A stretch of DNA of 64,000 bases from Gammaproteobacteria bacterium (GTDB lineage: Bacteria; Pseudomonadota; Gammaproteobacteria; UBA6429; Thiohalophilaceae): positions 58,706 to 122,705 of the forward strand of contig JAHECZ010000002.1 of NCBI GenBank assembly GCA_024641475.1, given 5' to 3'. The translations under genes and the position numbers were made by a program. Positions within the stretch are counted from its first letter, which is position 1; each line of letters begins with the position of its first letter. The notes under the pieces are model-generated. The model did not search any database, had not been told where the DNA came from, and saw only the letters and a list, made by a program, of their open reading frames with translations. Positions 63,914 through 64,000 of this stretch are shown here, in pieces.

Positions 63914-64000
63914 TGCATGTTCCTCTAATAGGTAGTTCTCTGGCCGTTACAAGATGAATTCCAATCGCTTTTGTCTAGTCCAATCCCGATAAATTATGCG

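Noticed and set aside
1-64000. A search for tRNA, rRNA, CRISPR arrays, IS elements, transposases, integrases and known defence-system hallmarks (nuclease, TIR, SIR2, HEPN, reverse-transcriptase motifs).
   Set aside because: None was recognised by eye in the six-frame translations or in intergenic DNA. This is a visual negative only. tRNAscan-SE, cmscan, ISEScan, and DefenseFinder or PADLOC should be run to confirm it.

Overview
This is a 64-kb chromosomal segment of a Gram-negative bacterium, most likely a gammaproteobacterium judged by gene content. I support about 65 protein-coding genes. By eye I found no rRNA, tRNA, CRISPR array, transposase or integrase. Positions 1-47.6 kb are tightly packed and look like core genome. 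They include typA/bipA, a patatin-like lipase, a Rieske protein, YjbQ, an HU-like protein, a rhomboid protease, a periplasmic rhodanese, an AAA+ ATPase, CbiX, an Rrf2 regulator, a MocR regulator divergent from a PhzF-IlvE pair, GST, a SemiSWEET-type transporter, HIT, MFS, SlyX and an LTA-synthase-like protein. This part is unusually rich in second-messenger proteins: 3 HDOD, 3 tandem PilZ, 2 GGDEF (one also with EAL), 2 double-cNMP-binding proteins and 1 GAF. It also holds a compact MerR (Hg-type Cys triad) plus MerC-fusion module with a clear MerR-type promoter, and a PA2779/PA2778-like cysteine-peptidase operon. Positions 47.6-64 kb look accessory. About 14 minus-strand genes there encode only exported proteins or lipoproteins of unknown function, the non-coding gaps are long, and GC is lower in the lines I counted. 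The most interesting signal is in this block. Three very large lipoproteins (beta-helix, Big_2/HAF-like, and a 10-repeat propeller-like protein) share a duplicated 5' module. The module is a small upstream ORF (intact once, decayed twice) whose stop overlaps the lipoprotein ATG, followed by a near-identical signal peptide and a Cys-polyGly lipobox, but the passenger domains are unrelated. In the same block, two intergenic regions carry the same sigma-28 (FliA)-like promoter motif at the same distance from a start codon. All functional calls rest on motif recognition from the translations. No database search was possible.
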